Shown one piece after another: positions 28,796 through 39,350 of a DNA stretch of 64,000 nucleotides (positions within the stretch are counted from its first letter, which is position 1; each line of letters opens with the position of its first letter). The notes under the pieces are model-generated. The model ran no database searches. It was not told the DNA's origin and saw nothing but the letters and a program-made list of their open reading frames with translations. Position numbers and translations under genes: made by a program. Origin of the DNA: an uncultured cyanobacterium (GTDB lineage: Bacteria > Cyanobacteriota > Cyanobacteriia > Pseudanabaenales > Pseudanabaenaceae); NCBI GenBank assembly GCA_963703315.1, contig OY969811.1, forward strand, positions 2,240,001 to 2,304,000. The letters run 5' to 3'.

Positions 28796-31345
28796 TTACA
28801 AAATAGTCAGTGGATCGACATCGATCGCTACTCTTACAGCTTTAGAATTAACTAGCATTCTCAACTCTTCTAAACTTGGTACATTAGGTAAAATTTCGGG
28901 CATAAACTTTAATAAGATTTGCCAGCGATAACGATTAGCGACTTTAGCGATCGTGGCGGGAGTTGCGCCTAATATATCCCAATTATTCTCTAATTGGCGT
29001 AAATATTCGGCTAATTCATTGGCTGATTTTTCTACAGCTTCTGCATTCTCACTACTCAGATGAATCAACACCATTTGTCCCTTAGGTGGATAGTGCAACG
29101 CCTCTCGCATTTCCAGTTCTGTTTCCATAAATTCATCAAGGCGATAGTTTTGGACTGCTTGCATGGCGGGATGTTCAGGGGTATAGGTTTGCATGATCAC
29201 TTTGCCATCTTCTGCACCACGACCTGCGCGACCTGCCACTTGGAGCAAGGTTTGGGCGGCTCTCTCCCCTGCGCGATAATCTGAGAAATTCAACAATCCA
29301 TCGGCGGACACGACACCCACTAGAGTTACTTGCGGAATGTCTAAACCTTTAGTCAGCATTTGTGTCCCCACTAGTAAATCAGCATCACCTGCACGGAATT
29401 GATCGATGAGCAGTCGATGTTGATCTTTGTTGCGAGTGGTGTCACTATCAAAGCGGATCAGACGGATCTGGGGAAATAGTTTCGCGAGTTCCTGTTCTAC
29501 TTTTTGCGTGCCACTACCAAAATGCTTAAAATAGGGCGAACCACATTCGGGACAGAATTTTGGCTGAATCATGGTGTGGTTGCAATAGTGGCAGCGTAAA
29601 TGCGCTGATTTTGGTTGATGAGCAGTGGTCACAATGGGATCGTGATAGGAGAGGGAAACGTCACAATGCGGACATTCAGCGACATAACCGCAGGAACGGC
29701 AAGATACAAAGGTGCTATAGCCACGTCGATGAATAAAGAGAATCCCTTGCTGTTTAGCTTCTAGCATTTCAGCGATCGCCCCTTGTAACTTGCGACTGAA
29801 AATTGAGTAATTCCCTTCTTTAAATTCATCCCGCATATCCACGATTTCAATCGGTGGCATCGCTTTATTGCCAATGCGATTCGGAAGTTCGAGATAGGTT
29901 AACTCACCTGATTTGTGAGCAAAGATCATTTCCGCCGAGGGAGTTGCCGAACCCATGACAAGGGGGACATTCTCTAGCTGCGATCGCCATTGGGCGATCG
30001 TGCGGACATGGTAACAGGGCTGAGGTTGATCCTGCTTGAAACTATTATCATGCTCCTCATCCATAACGATTAGACCCAAATTGCCCAATGGTGCGAATAT
30101 TGCCGATCGCGTACCAATCACAACCTGTGCTTCCCCTGTGAGCATCAATCGCCATGTATCAAAGCGTTCACCCTCTGACAATTGGCTATGATAGACATTC
30201 ACCTTCGCATCCCCAAATCTGGCTCGAAATCGGTCTGTCAGTTGCGGAGTTAAGCCAATTTCAGGAACCAGCACTAGCGCCGACTTTCCTACTGCGAGGA
30301 CAGGGGCGATCGCTTGCAGATATACTTCGGTTTTGCCTGAACCTGTGACTCCATGCAGTAGCAATTGTGAGGAATTGGGAGCGGCGATCGCCTGTAAGAT
30401 CGCTTGCAAAGCAACATCTTGATCGGGGGTTAAATCTTTGGGGCGATCGCGTTTGACGACATGGCTTTTGCCACCTAAACGGAGGACTTCTTGTTTAGAA
30501 ATTACCACATACCCTTTATCTGCCAGATTATGAATTACGGAACTAGTCGCTTTCGCCAGTTTGCCTAATTCTATTTTTAAGCATTCTCCCCCCTGAAGTT
30601 GTAAGACCTTGAGAACTTCCATTTGTTTAGAACCTAATTTGTGATCAGGTTCTTTTAATAAAGCCACAATCTCTTCATACTTAGGTTTAGGTCGGTTAGG
30701 AAGTTCTAATACTATTTCAATCCATGCTAATTTTTGTAATTCTTTTAAGCCCGAACTTGTATATCTGCCTAACTTTTGATAAACATAGCGGCGACTAATG
30801 CCCTTAGGATTATGGCGATGCTCTTGTAAAAAGTCCCAAACCATTTGCGCCGCTTTGGAAATTGCCCTCACCCCTAATCCTTCTGCCCTCACCCCTAACC
30901 CCTCTCCCAGAGCGAGAGGGGAATTAAAATCTTGCTCCCCCTCTCCCAGAGGGAGAGGGGGCTGGGGGGTGAGGGTCTTAATTCGATAATGCGATTGATC
31001 TAACAATTTCGGTGGTAGAGCCGTTTTGACGACCTGCATTACAGGTGTACGATAGTAATTAGCAGTACGGATCAGCATTTGCCAATAGGTCTTGGGAAAA
31101 ATTCCTGAACTAACCACCGCAATCACGGATTTAATCTCTGCATCCCCAATTTGCGAAGTGTCAGAAACTTGTAAAGCGATCGCCCCCACCTGACGGCTAC
31201 CTAAAGGAACACTAAGAATATCACCAACTTGAATATCGAGATCATCGGGTATGCGATAGGTTAGTAAATCATCAATACCAATACAATCAACGATTACACT
31301 CACAAAGCGATCGCTCTTTCTATCATTCAAGTCAAATAGTTCCAT
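28796..31345 (-). CDS. priA: Primosomal protein N'
   Basis: LHGVTGSGKTEVY, DEEH, Cys-rich CxxC clusters, GTQMLTKGLD, QVAGRAGR, IDVDP. Confidence 0.95.
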   Translation of the reverse strand: MELFDLNDRKSDRFVSVIVDCIGIDDLLTYRIPDDLDIQVGDILSVPLGSRQVGAIALQVSDTSQIGDAEIKSVIAVVSSGIFPKTYWQMLIRTANYYRTPVMQVVKTALPPKLLDQSHYRIKTLTPQPPLPLGEGEQDFNSPLALGEGLGVRAEGLGVRAISKAAQMVWDFLQEHRHNPKGISRRYVYQKLGRYTSSGLKELQKLAWIEIVLELPNRPKPKYEEIVALLKEPDHKLGSKQMEVLKVLQLQGGECLKIELGKLAKATSSVIHNLADKGYVVISKQEVLRLGGKSHVVKRDRPKDLTPDQDVALQAILQAIAAPNSSQLLLHGVTGSGKTEVYLQAIAPVLAVGKSALVLVPEIGLTPQLTDRFRARFGDAKVNVYHSQLSEGERFDTWRLMLTGEAQVVIGTRSAIFAPLGNLGLIVMDEEHDNSFKQDQPQPCYHVRTIAQWRSQLENVPLVMGSATPSAEMIFAHKSGELTYLELPNRIGNKAMPPIEIVDMRDEFKEGNYSIFSRKLQGAIAEMLEAKQQGILFIHRRGYSTFVSCRSCGYVAECPHCDVSLSYHDPIVTTAHQPKSAHLRCHYCNHTMIQPKFCPECGSPYFKHFGSGTQKVEQELAKLFPQIRLIRFDSDTTRNKDQHRLLIDQFRAGDADLLVGTQMLTKGLDIPQVTLVGVVSADGLLNFSDYRAGERAAQTLLQVAGRAGRGAEDGKVIMQTYTPEHPAMQAVQNYRLDEFMETELEMREALHYPPKGQMVLIHLSSENAEAVEKSANELAEYLRQLENNWDILGATPATIAKVANRYRWQILLKFMPEILPNVPSLEELRMLVNSKAVRVAIDVDPLTIL
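30864..30977. repeat. Dispersed repeat inserted in-frame in priA
   Basis: Homologous to the cores at 9090-9191 and 49964-50065; encodes TLTPQPPLPLGEGEQDFNSPLALGEGLGVRAEGLGVRA. Confidence 0.85.
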
Positions 31346-31365
31346 ATTGTTCAATCGGTAGTGAT

Positions 31366-31944
31366 TTAAAGGGCATGAATCACATTGGTAACTACACCCC
31401 AAATATGGAAATCGGTATGTTCATCGATCTCAATTGGTTTAAATTCTTTATTCTCAGGCATCAGCCACAACTGATTGAGATCTTTGCGAATCCGTTTGAC
31501 GGTTAATTCTCCATTCACAACGGCAATCACCACATGACCATCATTTACTTCAATCGAGCGATCGACAATCAACATATCATCAGGATGAATTCCTGCATCC
31601 TGCATTGACTCACCAACTACACGCACAAGAAAGGTGGTATCGGGATGTTTGACAAGATGACGATTGAGATCGATATTGTCATCAACATAGTCTTCGGTAA
31701 TTGTCGGGATACCTGCGGCTACAGGGTTGAGATACAGAGGTAGGCTGATTTTAGTTTTTTGTTCGGGTTTGAAGATGGATTGGACAGTTGTACCTAATTC
31801 GATTTCTTGAGGTGCTTTGTGCGCTAAAGCTGCCAAAATTTCGTCAGCAATTCTGATTGGCAATCGCACCGCCTTGGTTGCTTCACCATACTTTCCCGTC
31901 CCTTGGGGGCGACCTGCACCTTCTCGTTTTCCTCCGCGTGGCAT
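31366..31944 (-). CDS. umuD: UmuD-like S24 autoproteolytic subunit with N-terminal extension
   Basis: VAAGIP cleavage site, DLNRHLV.HP..TF..RV.GESM (Ser), TVKR (Lys), WGVVT.VIH. Confidence 0.8.
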   Translation of the reverse strand: MPRGGKREGAGRPQGTGKYGEATKAVRLPIRIADEILAALAHKAPQEIELGTTVQSIFKPEQKTKISLPLYLNPVAAGIPTITEDYVDDNIDLNRHLVKHPDTTFLVRVVGESMQDAGIHPDDMLIVDRSIEVNDGHVVIAVVNGELTVKRIRKDLNQLWLMPENKEFKPIEIDEHTDFHIWGVVTNVIHAL

Positions 31945-32074
31945 AACCTTAACTCCGAATTGATCCGAATTTACTTTTGACAGCGATCGCTAGAATAATC
32001 AGCATTCTAACTACGTGAATAATGTACGCTTATCATCAGAGTATACATAAAAATTAGTATATATAGCTGTCGTC

Positions 32075-32135
32075 AGTTACAACATAAGCCCAAAATAGAG
32101 TTGCACTGCAACTCTATTTTGGGCTTATGTTGTAA
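32075..32135. repeat. Long near-perfect palindrome
   Basis: ttacaacataagcccaaaatagagttgca-c-tgcaactctattttgggcttatgttgtaa. Confidence 0.75.
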
Positions 32136-32269
32136 GGATGATGCGATTAAATCATGTAACATTAGTAACATATCGCGATCGCTACGACAGGTCTTAAAAC
32201 CAAAGAAAAACCTATTTTTTGCGAACTAAAGCACAAATTTGAGTTTAAGTTTTAATTTAGTGAACGCAC

Positions 32270-32455
32270 TATAGCTTTGCAATCAAGCGAGGTGCAGAGG
32301 ATTATTTCCCCGCCTTCGGCGGGGAAATAATCCCGTACTTCACTAGACTGTAATTCACGAAAGTGTGACAACGCTTTTGTGAATTGAAAACCAAACCCAG
32401 TAGGGGTTTTCAAAACTAAAAATGGCGTAGCCATTTTTAGTTTTGGTATTAGATA
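32270..32455. repeat. Stacked palindromic intergenic elements
   Basis: ggattatttccccgcc-ttc-ggcggggaaataatcc (similar at 62249-62283 and 35977-36015), then aaaactaaaaatggc-gta-gccatttttagtttt. Confidence 0.65.
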
Positions 32456-32480
32456 TGACATTTATGAGAAATGATAAAAG

Positions 32481-33596
32481 ATGCAAGAGTGTAATGAATT
32501 CCATCAGTCTGCGGTGCTGGCAAAAGAACCAGCCAAAAAATTAAAGTTTGGTAAAAACAGTGGATTTCAGGCTGAATTGAGGAGAAGAGTTGATAAACTC
32601 TTTCAAAGTCCAAATCTCAAAGAAAGAGATTGTCCCCAAATGTATGTCAAGACTACAATTTTACTTCTGAGTTTCTTTGGACTATATTTTGGTTTGGTTT
32701 TCCTTGCTCAGACATGGTGGCAAGTAGTTCCTTTATGTATTGTGCTTGGTGTCATTACCGCAGGCATTGGTTTTAGCATTCAACACGATGGCGCACATCA
32801 TGCTTATTCTGATTCCATCTGGATCAATAAGCTGATGTCCATGAGCTTAGATTTAATCGGTGGTAGTTCTTACATTTGGCATTGGAAGCATGATGTACTG
32901 CATCATACTTATACAAATATTGCTGGCTACGACATGGATTTGGAAGTGGGAATTTTTGGACGGCTTTCTCCATCCCATGAGAAACTTCCCTTTCACCGTT
33001 GGCAACATTATTATCTATGGCTTCTATACGGTTTTTTGGCGATCAAATGGCATTTCTATGATGATTTTTATTGCCTAATTACTGGTAAAATCGGCGATCG
33101 CACCTATCCACGTCCTAAAAGCAGCAATCTCGTTATCTTTTTTGCTGGTAAGCTAGTTTTCTTCGCGATCGCCTTTGTAATTCCCTTGCAATTTCATTCT
33201 ATAGAGCAGGTTCTGGCTAGCTATGGATTGGTCGCAGTCGTTTTAGGAGTTGTCCTAAGTGTAGTATTCCAATTAGCACACGTTGTTGAGGAAGCAGAGT
33301 TTCCAGTGCCAGTTGCAGAAGAGAGTTGCCTCGAAAATGACTGGGCAATCCATCAAATTGAAACAACAGTGAACTTCTCTCGGAATAATCCTCTATTGAC
33401 ATGGATATTGGGCGGCTTGAATTTCCAAGTTGAGCATCATCTTTTTCCCAATATTTGTCATGTTAATTATCCCGCAATTTCCAAGATTGTCGAGCAGACC
33501 TGTGAGGAGTTTGGGGTGCGATATAACTATCACAATTCTTTTTGGGCGGGTTGTGTTTCCCACTTCCAGTGGTTACGCCGTATGGGAACCATATAA
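32481..33596 (+). CDS. desD: Front-end (delta-6-type) acyl-lipid desaturase
   Basis: His boxes HDGAH, HDVLHHTYTN, QVEHHLFP; DesD-like N-terminus (KF...GF..EL..RVD). Confidence 0.75.
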   Translation: MQECNEFHQSAVLAKEPAKKLKFGKNSGFQAELRRRVDKLFQSPNLKERDCPQMYVKTTILLLSFFGLYFGLVFLAQTWWQVVPLCIVLGVITAGIGFSIQHDGAHHAYSDSIWINKLMSMSLDLIGGSSYIWHWKHDVLHHTYTNIAGYDMDLEVGIFGRLSPSHEKLPFHRWQHYYLWLLYGFLAIKWHFYDDFYCLITGKIGDRTYPRPKSSNLVIFFAGKLVFFAIAFVIPLQFHSIEQVLASYGLVAVVLGVVLSVVFQLAHVVEEAEFPVPVAEESCLENDWAIHQIETTVNFSRNNPLLTWILGGLNFQVEHHLFPNICHVNYPAISKIVEQTCEEFGVRYNYHNSFWAGCVSHFQWLRRMGTI

Positions 33597-33738
33597 AAGA
33601 AGGAGCGCTTTAGCGCTCTTTCTTTTACTCAAAAAGGGAGCGCTTTAGCGCTCCCTTTTTGAGGTAATAACTATCGGTTTTGCTAACTGTTGTGGTGAAA
33701 AGTATTAAAAAAGGGAGCGCTAAGCGCTCCCTTTTTTA
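33596..33738. repeat. Three related hairpins interleaved with a duplicated gene 3' end
   Basis: ggagcgc-ttta/taa-gcgctcc stems at about 33596, 33630 and 33706. Confidence 0.75.
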
Positions 33739-33957
33739 ATAACTATCGGTTTTACTAACGGTCGTGTTAATTAGTTGTTGATTAGCTTGATTGAGGCGAT
33801 CGGCGATCGCTTCACGGACATCTTTATTAACATCAGCATCAGCGAGAACATCCTGCGCCATTTCCCGATATTCGGCACTAGTAGTAAGGTCTACTTGATC
33901 GAGTTTGTTCAGGTTTTCATAGACAGTTTCAGGAGAAACCGAAACATTGCTTGTCAT
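33736..33957 (-). CDS. Hypothetical protein (73 aa)
   Basis: ATG with upstream AAGGA; co-oriented downstream of gltD. Confidence 0.65.
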   Translation of the reverse strand: MTSNVSVSPETVYENLNKLDQVDLTTSAEYREMAQDVLADADVNKDVREAIADRLNQANQQLINTTVSKTDSY

Positions 33958-34015
33958 AATTTATTCCTTAAATTGTTATACCCAAGGGGCTTAAGCCCCT
34001 TGTTACAAGACTGAT

Positions 34016-35500
34016 TTAGGGTAAATCGGTATCACCCATCAGATAGCGATCGCATTCACGAGCAGCACCACGACCTTCGTTAATTGCCCAGACGATCAGA
34101 CTTTGACCACGGCGGCAATCGCCTGCGGCGAAAACACTAGGAAGACTAGTCGTGAATTGACCGTGATTCGCTTTGACATTACTACGGGGATCGCGTTCCA
34201 CTCCTAGAGAATCCAGTAAAGGTTGCTCTGGACCGAGGAAACCCATTGCTAACAGTACAATCTGAGCAGGGATTACCTTTTCCGTACCTGCCACTTGCTT
34301 AGGAATAAACTGACCTTTGTCATTTCGTTCCCATTGCACTTGGACAGTGTGGACAGCTTTGACCTGACCGTTTTCGTCTCCTTCGATCTTAGTAGCTGTA
34401 GTGATGTATGCTCTGGGATCGTCACCAAACTTAGCACTCGCCTCTTCCTGTCCATAGTCCATCTTGTAGACTTTGGGCCATTTGGGCCAAGGATTATCCT
34501 TAGCGCGGGTTTCTGGAGGTTTAGGCATGATTTCTAGTTGGACAACGCTATTACATCCATGACGGATTGATGTGCCAACGCAGTCTGTGCCTGTATCACC
34601 ACCGCCGATAATCACAACATCTTTACCCTGTGCAGAAATGAAGTCATCCCCAGACTTGCCATTGAGAACTGCCTTAGTATTGGCGGTGAGGAATTCCATC
34701 GCAAAATGAATGCCTTTGAGTTCGCGTCCTTCGATACTCAGATCGCGAGGCTTAGTGGCTCCAGTACAGAGAACTACAGCATCAAATTCTTTTAGTAAGT
34801 CTTCCGCCGCTAGATCTTTACCAATTTCCGTATTACAAACAAATTTCACACCCTCTTGCTCAAGGATATTCAGGCGGCGCATTACCACCTTTTGCTTGTC
34901 CAGCTTCATATTGGGAATGCCATACATCAGCAATCCTCCGGGGCGATCGGCACGTTCATAAACGGTGACCCAATGACCTGCTTTGTTTAGTTGAGCAGCA
35001 GCACTCAGTCCTGCGGGACCTGAACCAATTACGGCAACTTTTTTGCCTGTGCGTTTTGCGGGTGGTTCAGGAACAATCCAACCTTCTTCCCAACCCTTGT
35101 CAATGATCGAATACTCGATATTCTTAATCGTCACAGGTGGATTGGTGATCCCCAGTACACAGGAACCTTCACAAGGGGCTGGACAGACGCGACCTGTAAA
35201 TTCTGGGAAGTTGTTAGTTTTGTGGAGGCGATCGAGTGCTTCGCGCCATAGTCCCCGATATACCAAGTCATTCCATTCGGGAATCAGATTATTGACTGGG
35301 CAACCGCTTGCCATGCCGCTAATCAGGTTACCTGTATGACAAAATGGTGTGCCACAGTCCATGCACCTTGCACCCTGTGTGCGGAGGTTGTCATCGGGCA
35401 TATGGACATGAAATTCATCCCAATTTTTGATGCGATCGCTTGGGGGTATTTCCGTCGGTGCTTCGCGGAGGTATTCGATAAATCCTGTTGGTTTTCCCAT
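34016..35500 (-). CDS. gltD: NADH-dependent glutamate synthase small subunit
   Basis: [54 protein letters not shown]. Confidence 0.95.
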   Translation of the reverse strand: MGKPTGFIEYLREAPTEIPPSDRIKNWDEFHVHMPDDNLRTQGARCMDCGTPFCHTGNLISGMASGCPVNNLIPEWNDLVYRGLWREALDRLHKTNNFPEFTGRVCPAPCEGSCVLGITNPPVTIKNIEYSIIDKGWEEGWIVPEPPAKRTGKKVAVIGSGPAGLSAAAQLNKAGHWVTVYERADRPGGLLMYGIPNMKLDKQKVVMRRLNILEQEGVKFVCNTEIGKDLAAEDLLKEFDAVVLCTGATKPRDLSIEGRELKGIHFAMEFLTANTKAVLNGKSGDDFISAQGKDVVIIGGGDTGTDCVGTSIRHGCNSVVQLEIMPKPPETRAKDNPWPKWPKVYKMDYGQEEASAKFGDDPRAYITTATKIEGDENGQVKAVHTVQVQWERNDKGQFIPKQVAGTEKVIPAQIVLLAMGFLGPEQPLLDSLGVERDPRSNVKANHGQFTTSLPSVFAAGDCRRGQSLIVWAINEGRGAARECDRYLMGDTDLP

Positions 35501-35650
35501 TAGTTTACTTTTTAAGTTTTGCCAAATAGCCTATAAATCATTTTTAAACCGCTTAACTTGTTCTGAGCATATTTTACGGTTTTCCTTAACATTAGTTAAT
35601 ATTACAGAAATAGAGTGGTAGCGCTCAGCGCTACCACTCTATTCATAGGT

Positions 35651-35923
35651 TTAGAGAACCTGAACCTGCATACTTTGCCATTGAGAGAGACTATAGGTTT
35701 TTAGCTGCAAGGCATGAATTGCACCAGTATCAAGATGCTCTTGGATTGCTCCATATACCAGTTTATGTTGCTTAATCATCGACAAACCTTCAAACTGTTC
35801 CGCTACCACGATCGCTGCAAAATGTTGACCATCCTGATTAGGATCTTCAACTTGAACTTTGGCATTAGGTAAGGCAGCACGAATTAATTCGGCAATATTG
35901 TGATGAGAAATCATGGTGGACAA
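35651..35923 (-). CDS. BolA family protein
   Basis: DGQHF..IVV...FEG...IKQH.LVY, IHALQLKT. Confidence 0.9.
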   Translation of the reverse strand: MSTMISHHNIAELIRAALPNAKVQVEDPNQDGQHFAAIVVAEQFEGLSMIKQHKLVYGAIQEHLDTGAIHALQLKTYSLSQWQSMQVQVL

Positions 35924-36074
35924 AATTGGGAAAATGTAAATAACTATTCACATTGTGCCACATTGGGACAGGAGAGGATTTGTGTTCCTTGCCGAAGGCA
36001 AGGAACACAAATCCGTATGGTAAGATGTGTGACGTTTTGCCCCATCTATTCGCCTGTTTTGCTATAAAGATTTC

Positions 36075-36878
36075 ATGAAAATTGCAACTTGGAACGTTAA
36101 CTCAGTTCGCACAAGGATTAACCATGTATGTGATTGGTTGCAAGCAAATCCTGATGTGGATCTGTTGTGTTTACAAGAAACCAAAGTGATCGATAAGGAC
36201 TTTCCCCATACGCCATTTACGGATTTAGGATACCAAACCTATATTTATGGTCAGAAGTCCTATAACGGTGTGGCAATCATTGCGCGATCGCCTTTAGAAA
36301 ATATCCAAACAGGCTTTGCATCAGTATTAGGAGAAATTAGTGATCCCATTGCCGATCCGAGTTTAGATGAGCAGAAACGGTTGATTACTGCGAAATTTGG
36401 CGATGTGCAAGTTGTGAATATGTATGTCCCCAATGGCTCGGAAGTGGGGAGCGAGAAATATGAATACAAGTTACGCTGGCTAAAACTTTTAAAAGCATAT
36501 TTACAAACTTTGTTAGCCCAAAATCCGAATGTGTTGATCTGTGGTGATTTTAATGTGGCGATCGCCGATCTCGATATTTATGATCCGAAGGGGCGGGAAA
36601 CTAAAGTCATGTCTACGGATATCGAGCGTGAAACTTTGGCAGAAGTATTGAATTTAGGATTTAAGGATGTATTTCGGAAGTTTGAAACAGGAGGCGGTTA
36701 CTATAGTTGGTGGGATTATCGTTCAGGAGGATTTAGTCGCAATCGAGGCTGGCGGATTGATTATCATTTCGTGACAGAATCGCTCTATGAAAAAGCAACT
36801 GCCTGTGTAATTGATGTTGAACCCCGTAAGCTTACTCAGCCTAGTGATCATACCCCTGTAATTGTGACCATTGATTAA
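36075..36878 (+). CDS. xth: Exodeoxyribonuclease III
   Basis: ATWNVNS, LQETK, YNGVA, YVPNG, GDFN, WWDYR, GWRIDY, SDH. Confidence 0.95.
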   Translation: MKIATWNVNSVRTRINHVCDWLQANPDVDLLCLQETKVIDKDFPHTPFTDLGYQTYIYGQKSYNGVAIIARSPLENIQTGFASVLGEISDPIADPSLDEQKRLITAKFGDVQVVNMYVPNGSEVGSEKYEYKLRWLKLLKAYLQTLLAQNPNVLICGDFNVAIADLDIYDPKGRETKVMSTDIERETLAEVLNLGFKDVFRKFETGGGYYSWWDYRSGGFSRNRGWRIDYHFVTESLYEKATACVIDVEPRKLTQPSDHTPVIVTID

Positions 36879-36885
36879 TACTAAT

Positions 36886-37332
36886 ATGAAATATCGTATC
36901 TTTTTGGCGATCGCGCTACTCATATTGTTTTTGTTCCCTTTGCCAGCATGGGCTGCCAATCCTCGTCAAATCATCCAACTCCAATCGAAGCGAGATTGTC
37001 AAGTTTGTGATTTGGCAGGAGCCTATTTACCAGTACAGAAACTAGACTATACCTATCTCCTTGCTGCCAATCTTAGTAAAGCAAATTTAGTCGGCTCCAG
37101 TATCACTTTCTCTAATCTCAGCCGCGCTAATCTAACAGGCGCAAATCTCAGTTATGTCAACTTTAAACGGACTAAGTTATTATTGACAGATTTCACTGAT
37201 GCAATCCTTGATAAAACGGATCTCACTGAAGCTAATCTCACTGGTGCGACTGTATCCGAAGCTCAATTGGCTAAAGCCAAGCTATGCAAAACAGTGTTAT
37301 CCAATGGATTAACCTCAGACCGTGATTGTTAG
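36886..37332 (+). CDS. Secreted pentapeptide-repeat protein
   Basis: Signal peptide (AWA), C..CDL, ANLxx repeats. Confidence 0.85.
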   Translation: MKYRIFLAIALLILFLFPLPAWAANPRQIIQLQSKRDCQVCDLAGAYLPVQKLDYTYLLAANLSKANLVGSSITFSNLSRANLTGANLSYVNFKRTKLLLTDFTDAILDKTDLTEANLTGATVSEAQLAKAKLCKTVLSNGLTSDRDC

Positions 37333-37379
37333 CAACTTCCTTTACCCAAAATAGAGTGGCGGCGCTTCGCGCCACAACT

Positions 37380-37883
37380 CTATTTTGATGCTAATTGCTC
37401 TAGGGCATTGCCCGTAACTCGACAGATTCGCCAGTCGGGAAGAATTTCTGCACCAATGCGAGTATAAAAGGCGATCGCAGGTTCATTCCAATCTAAAACT
37501 GACCACTCGAAGCGTCCATATCCTCTAGCAACAGCGATTTGAGCAAGTTTAGTGATGAGAGCTTTACCAATTCCTATGCCACGATATTCCGATAGTACAA
37601 ATAGGTCTTCTAAATAGATGCCTCTGCGAGTTAAGAAAGTGGAATAGCTAGTGAAAAAGAGAGCAAATCCGACTATCTGATTAGGTTTCTGATTAGATTC
37701 TATTTCCGCAACTACTGCTTCAATACAAGGCTTTGTACCAAATAAATCTGCTTGCAAAGATTCCATATTACCTGTGACTTGATCTGAGAGCTTCTCGTAG
37801 TCAGCAAGAGCTAAAATTAATGAAAACATGGCAGAAATATCTTCAATTGTGGCAGAGCGAATCGTAAATTTAACTTGCGTCAT
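37380..37883 (-). CDS. GNAT N-acetyltransferase (spermidine acetyltransferase-like)
   Basis: LADYEK, YSTF...GIYLEDLFV..YRG.GIGK, EWSVLDWNEPAIAFY. Confidence 0.9.
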   Translation of the reverse strand: MTQVKFTIRSATIEDISAMFSLILALADYEKLSDQVTGNMESLQADLFGTKPCIEAVVAEIESNQKPNQIVGFALFFTSYSTFLTRRGIYLEDLFVLSEYRGIGIGKALITKLAQIAVARGYGRFEWSVLDWNEPAIAFYTRIGAEILPDWRICRVTGNALEQLASK

Positions 37884-38068
37884 GATTCTGAATGTTTTTG
37901 AATACTTTGCTTTCAAAAACACTAGCATATAGACTAGATATTAGACCTACAACACTTCGCGCTCAAACCCGAACCAAGAATTTTTTGAAATTTTTGCAAA
38001 GCAAAAATTTCAAAAAATTCTTGGGTTTTAGTTGCTTAAAATTTGCTGTAAAGAATCTCCAAAATTAA

Positions 38069-39327
38069 CTCAGATCTTGCACCATTCCTGAAAATGTTAA
38101 GTGGGAATGGGTTTGAGAATAATTTCAAAGCCATGACGAGCAGCAATATCGGCACTAATTTGAAGATACCTGAGAAGTTTCAACCAAAGGACAGAAGGGA
38201 ATAAAACAGAAAGAGTTAAATCACAGGTAGCTTTCCAGTCCAAGATGGGAGGACTCGACCATTGATCAATCCAATGAACCAAAAGATAAGCAAGCAGAGA
38301 AAGGATAAGCCAACGATAAACGCCAAGTTTTGTAGATTGTCCAAAACAATGCAAACCAAAGCGATGTTTGATGGTTTTGAAGAAACCCTCAATTGCCCAA
38401 CGCTTACGCCCCAACATAACCAGATAAGCACCAGAATAAGGATGAGAAGAGACGACAAAGCGTAACTCCCGTTTACTATCGGCTCTTTTGAGCCAGAACC
38501 AAGAGATGGTCAAAGGCTTAGTTAGCCCTTTCAGTAAAACTTGTTGTCCACGGTTGCCATGGCGATAAAGTTGTTTGACGGTACGTCCATCTTGAAGTTT
38601 GCGATTGTTGCGTACGCCGACAACTATGCGCCAAGACTTGGCGCGGACAGCATTGAAAAACTTCACCGTACTAAACTCAGTATCAGCAAGGACAATCACA
38701 GTCTTGCCTTGGGTTAGTTGCTTGGGTACTGTCCCCAACAACTTACAAGCTAAGTCAGAGGGACTGGGGTATCCTTTGCCGCGCCATACTCTAAAACTCC
38801 ATGGTACGCGCCACTCTCCATAGACCAAATACAGTACAACCAGATGTAGTCCTCGCTTGCCGTTTAGTATTCTCACCCATGGGTCGGGTTTGTCTTTAGT
38901 GGGATTGCTCAATTGTAAGAACTTGCCGCATTTTTCTAGGGTCGTCAAATCTATCAGGATCTTTAATGGCACTTGTTTCGATGGATGATGCTTGCCGATT
39001 TGTCCCAAAATAGCCTGCCTTGTTGCTCGAATTAGTCCTCTGGTTGACCAGTTATAGTGATTGAGAAATCGACTGAGCGCACTTGCTGATTTTATCTGTG
39101 TATGTTCTGGATAAGGATGCCCTTGTGCTTCCAGAAATAGCCCTAATATTGCATTGAGACTTGCTTTTTGATACACACTTGGCATCAAACACAGAAGACT
39201 ATACACTAGCCATTGGGCGTGTTTAACGATGCTTTCCATAATCGTTATTTGAATTTACTACTACGCCCTTTTTTTCACATTTCTGCTCTTTCTACAACCC
39301 CTTTTCTTGAATGGTGCAAGATCTCAG
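38069..39327 (-). mobile_element. IS701-like insertion sequence, 1259 bp
   Basis: TIRs CTCAGATCTTGCACCATTC / GAATGGTGCAAGATCTCAG; TTAA direct repeats at 38065-38068 and 39328-39331. Confidence 0.85.
38097..39239 (-). CDS. DDE transposase (IS701/IS4-like)
   Basis: LIDLT, LADTEF, RWAIEGFFK.K DDE motifs; uninterrupted 380 aa. Confidence 0.9.
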   Translation of the reverse strand: MESIVKHAQWLVYSLLCLMPSVYQKASLNAILGLFLEAQGHPYPEHTQIKSASALSRFLNHYNWSTRGLIRATRQAILGQIGKHHPSKQVPLKILIDLTTLEKCGKFLQLSNPTKDKPDPWVRILNGKRGLHLVVLYLVYGEWRVPWSFRVWRGKGYPSPSDLACKLLGTVPKQLTQGKTVIVLADTEFSTVKFFNAVRAKSWRIVVGVRNNRKLQDGRTVKQLYRHGNRGQQVLLKGLTKPLTISWFWLKRADSKRELRFVVSSHPYSGAYLVMLGRKRWAIEGFFKTIKHRFGLHCFGQSTKLGVYRWLILSLLAYLLVHWIDQWSSPPILDWKATCDLTLSVLFPSVLWLKLLRYLQISADIAARHGFEIILKPIPT

Positions 39328-39350
39328 TTAACTTATTTATTAAACGCAAG

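Noticed and set aside
32010..32175. LexA or NtcA boxes upstream of umuD/desD
   Set aside because: Only partial matches (for example GTAACATTAGTAAC); no full GTA-N8-TAC or RGTAC-N3-DGTWC site found.
32252..32461. 69-aa ORF
   Set aside because: Lies entirely within stacked palindromic repeats.
34016..35500. gltD without an adjacent gltB as an anomaly
   Set aside because: Separated gltB and gltD genes are known in cyanobacteria.
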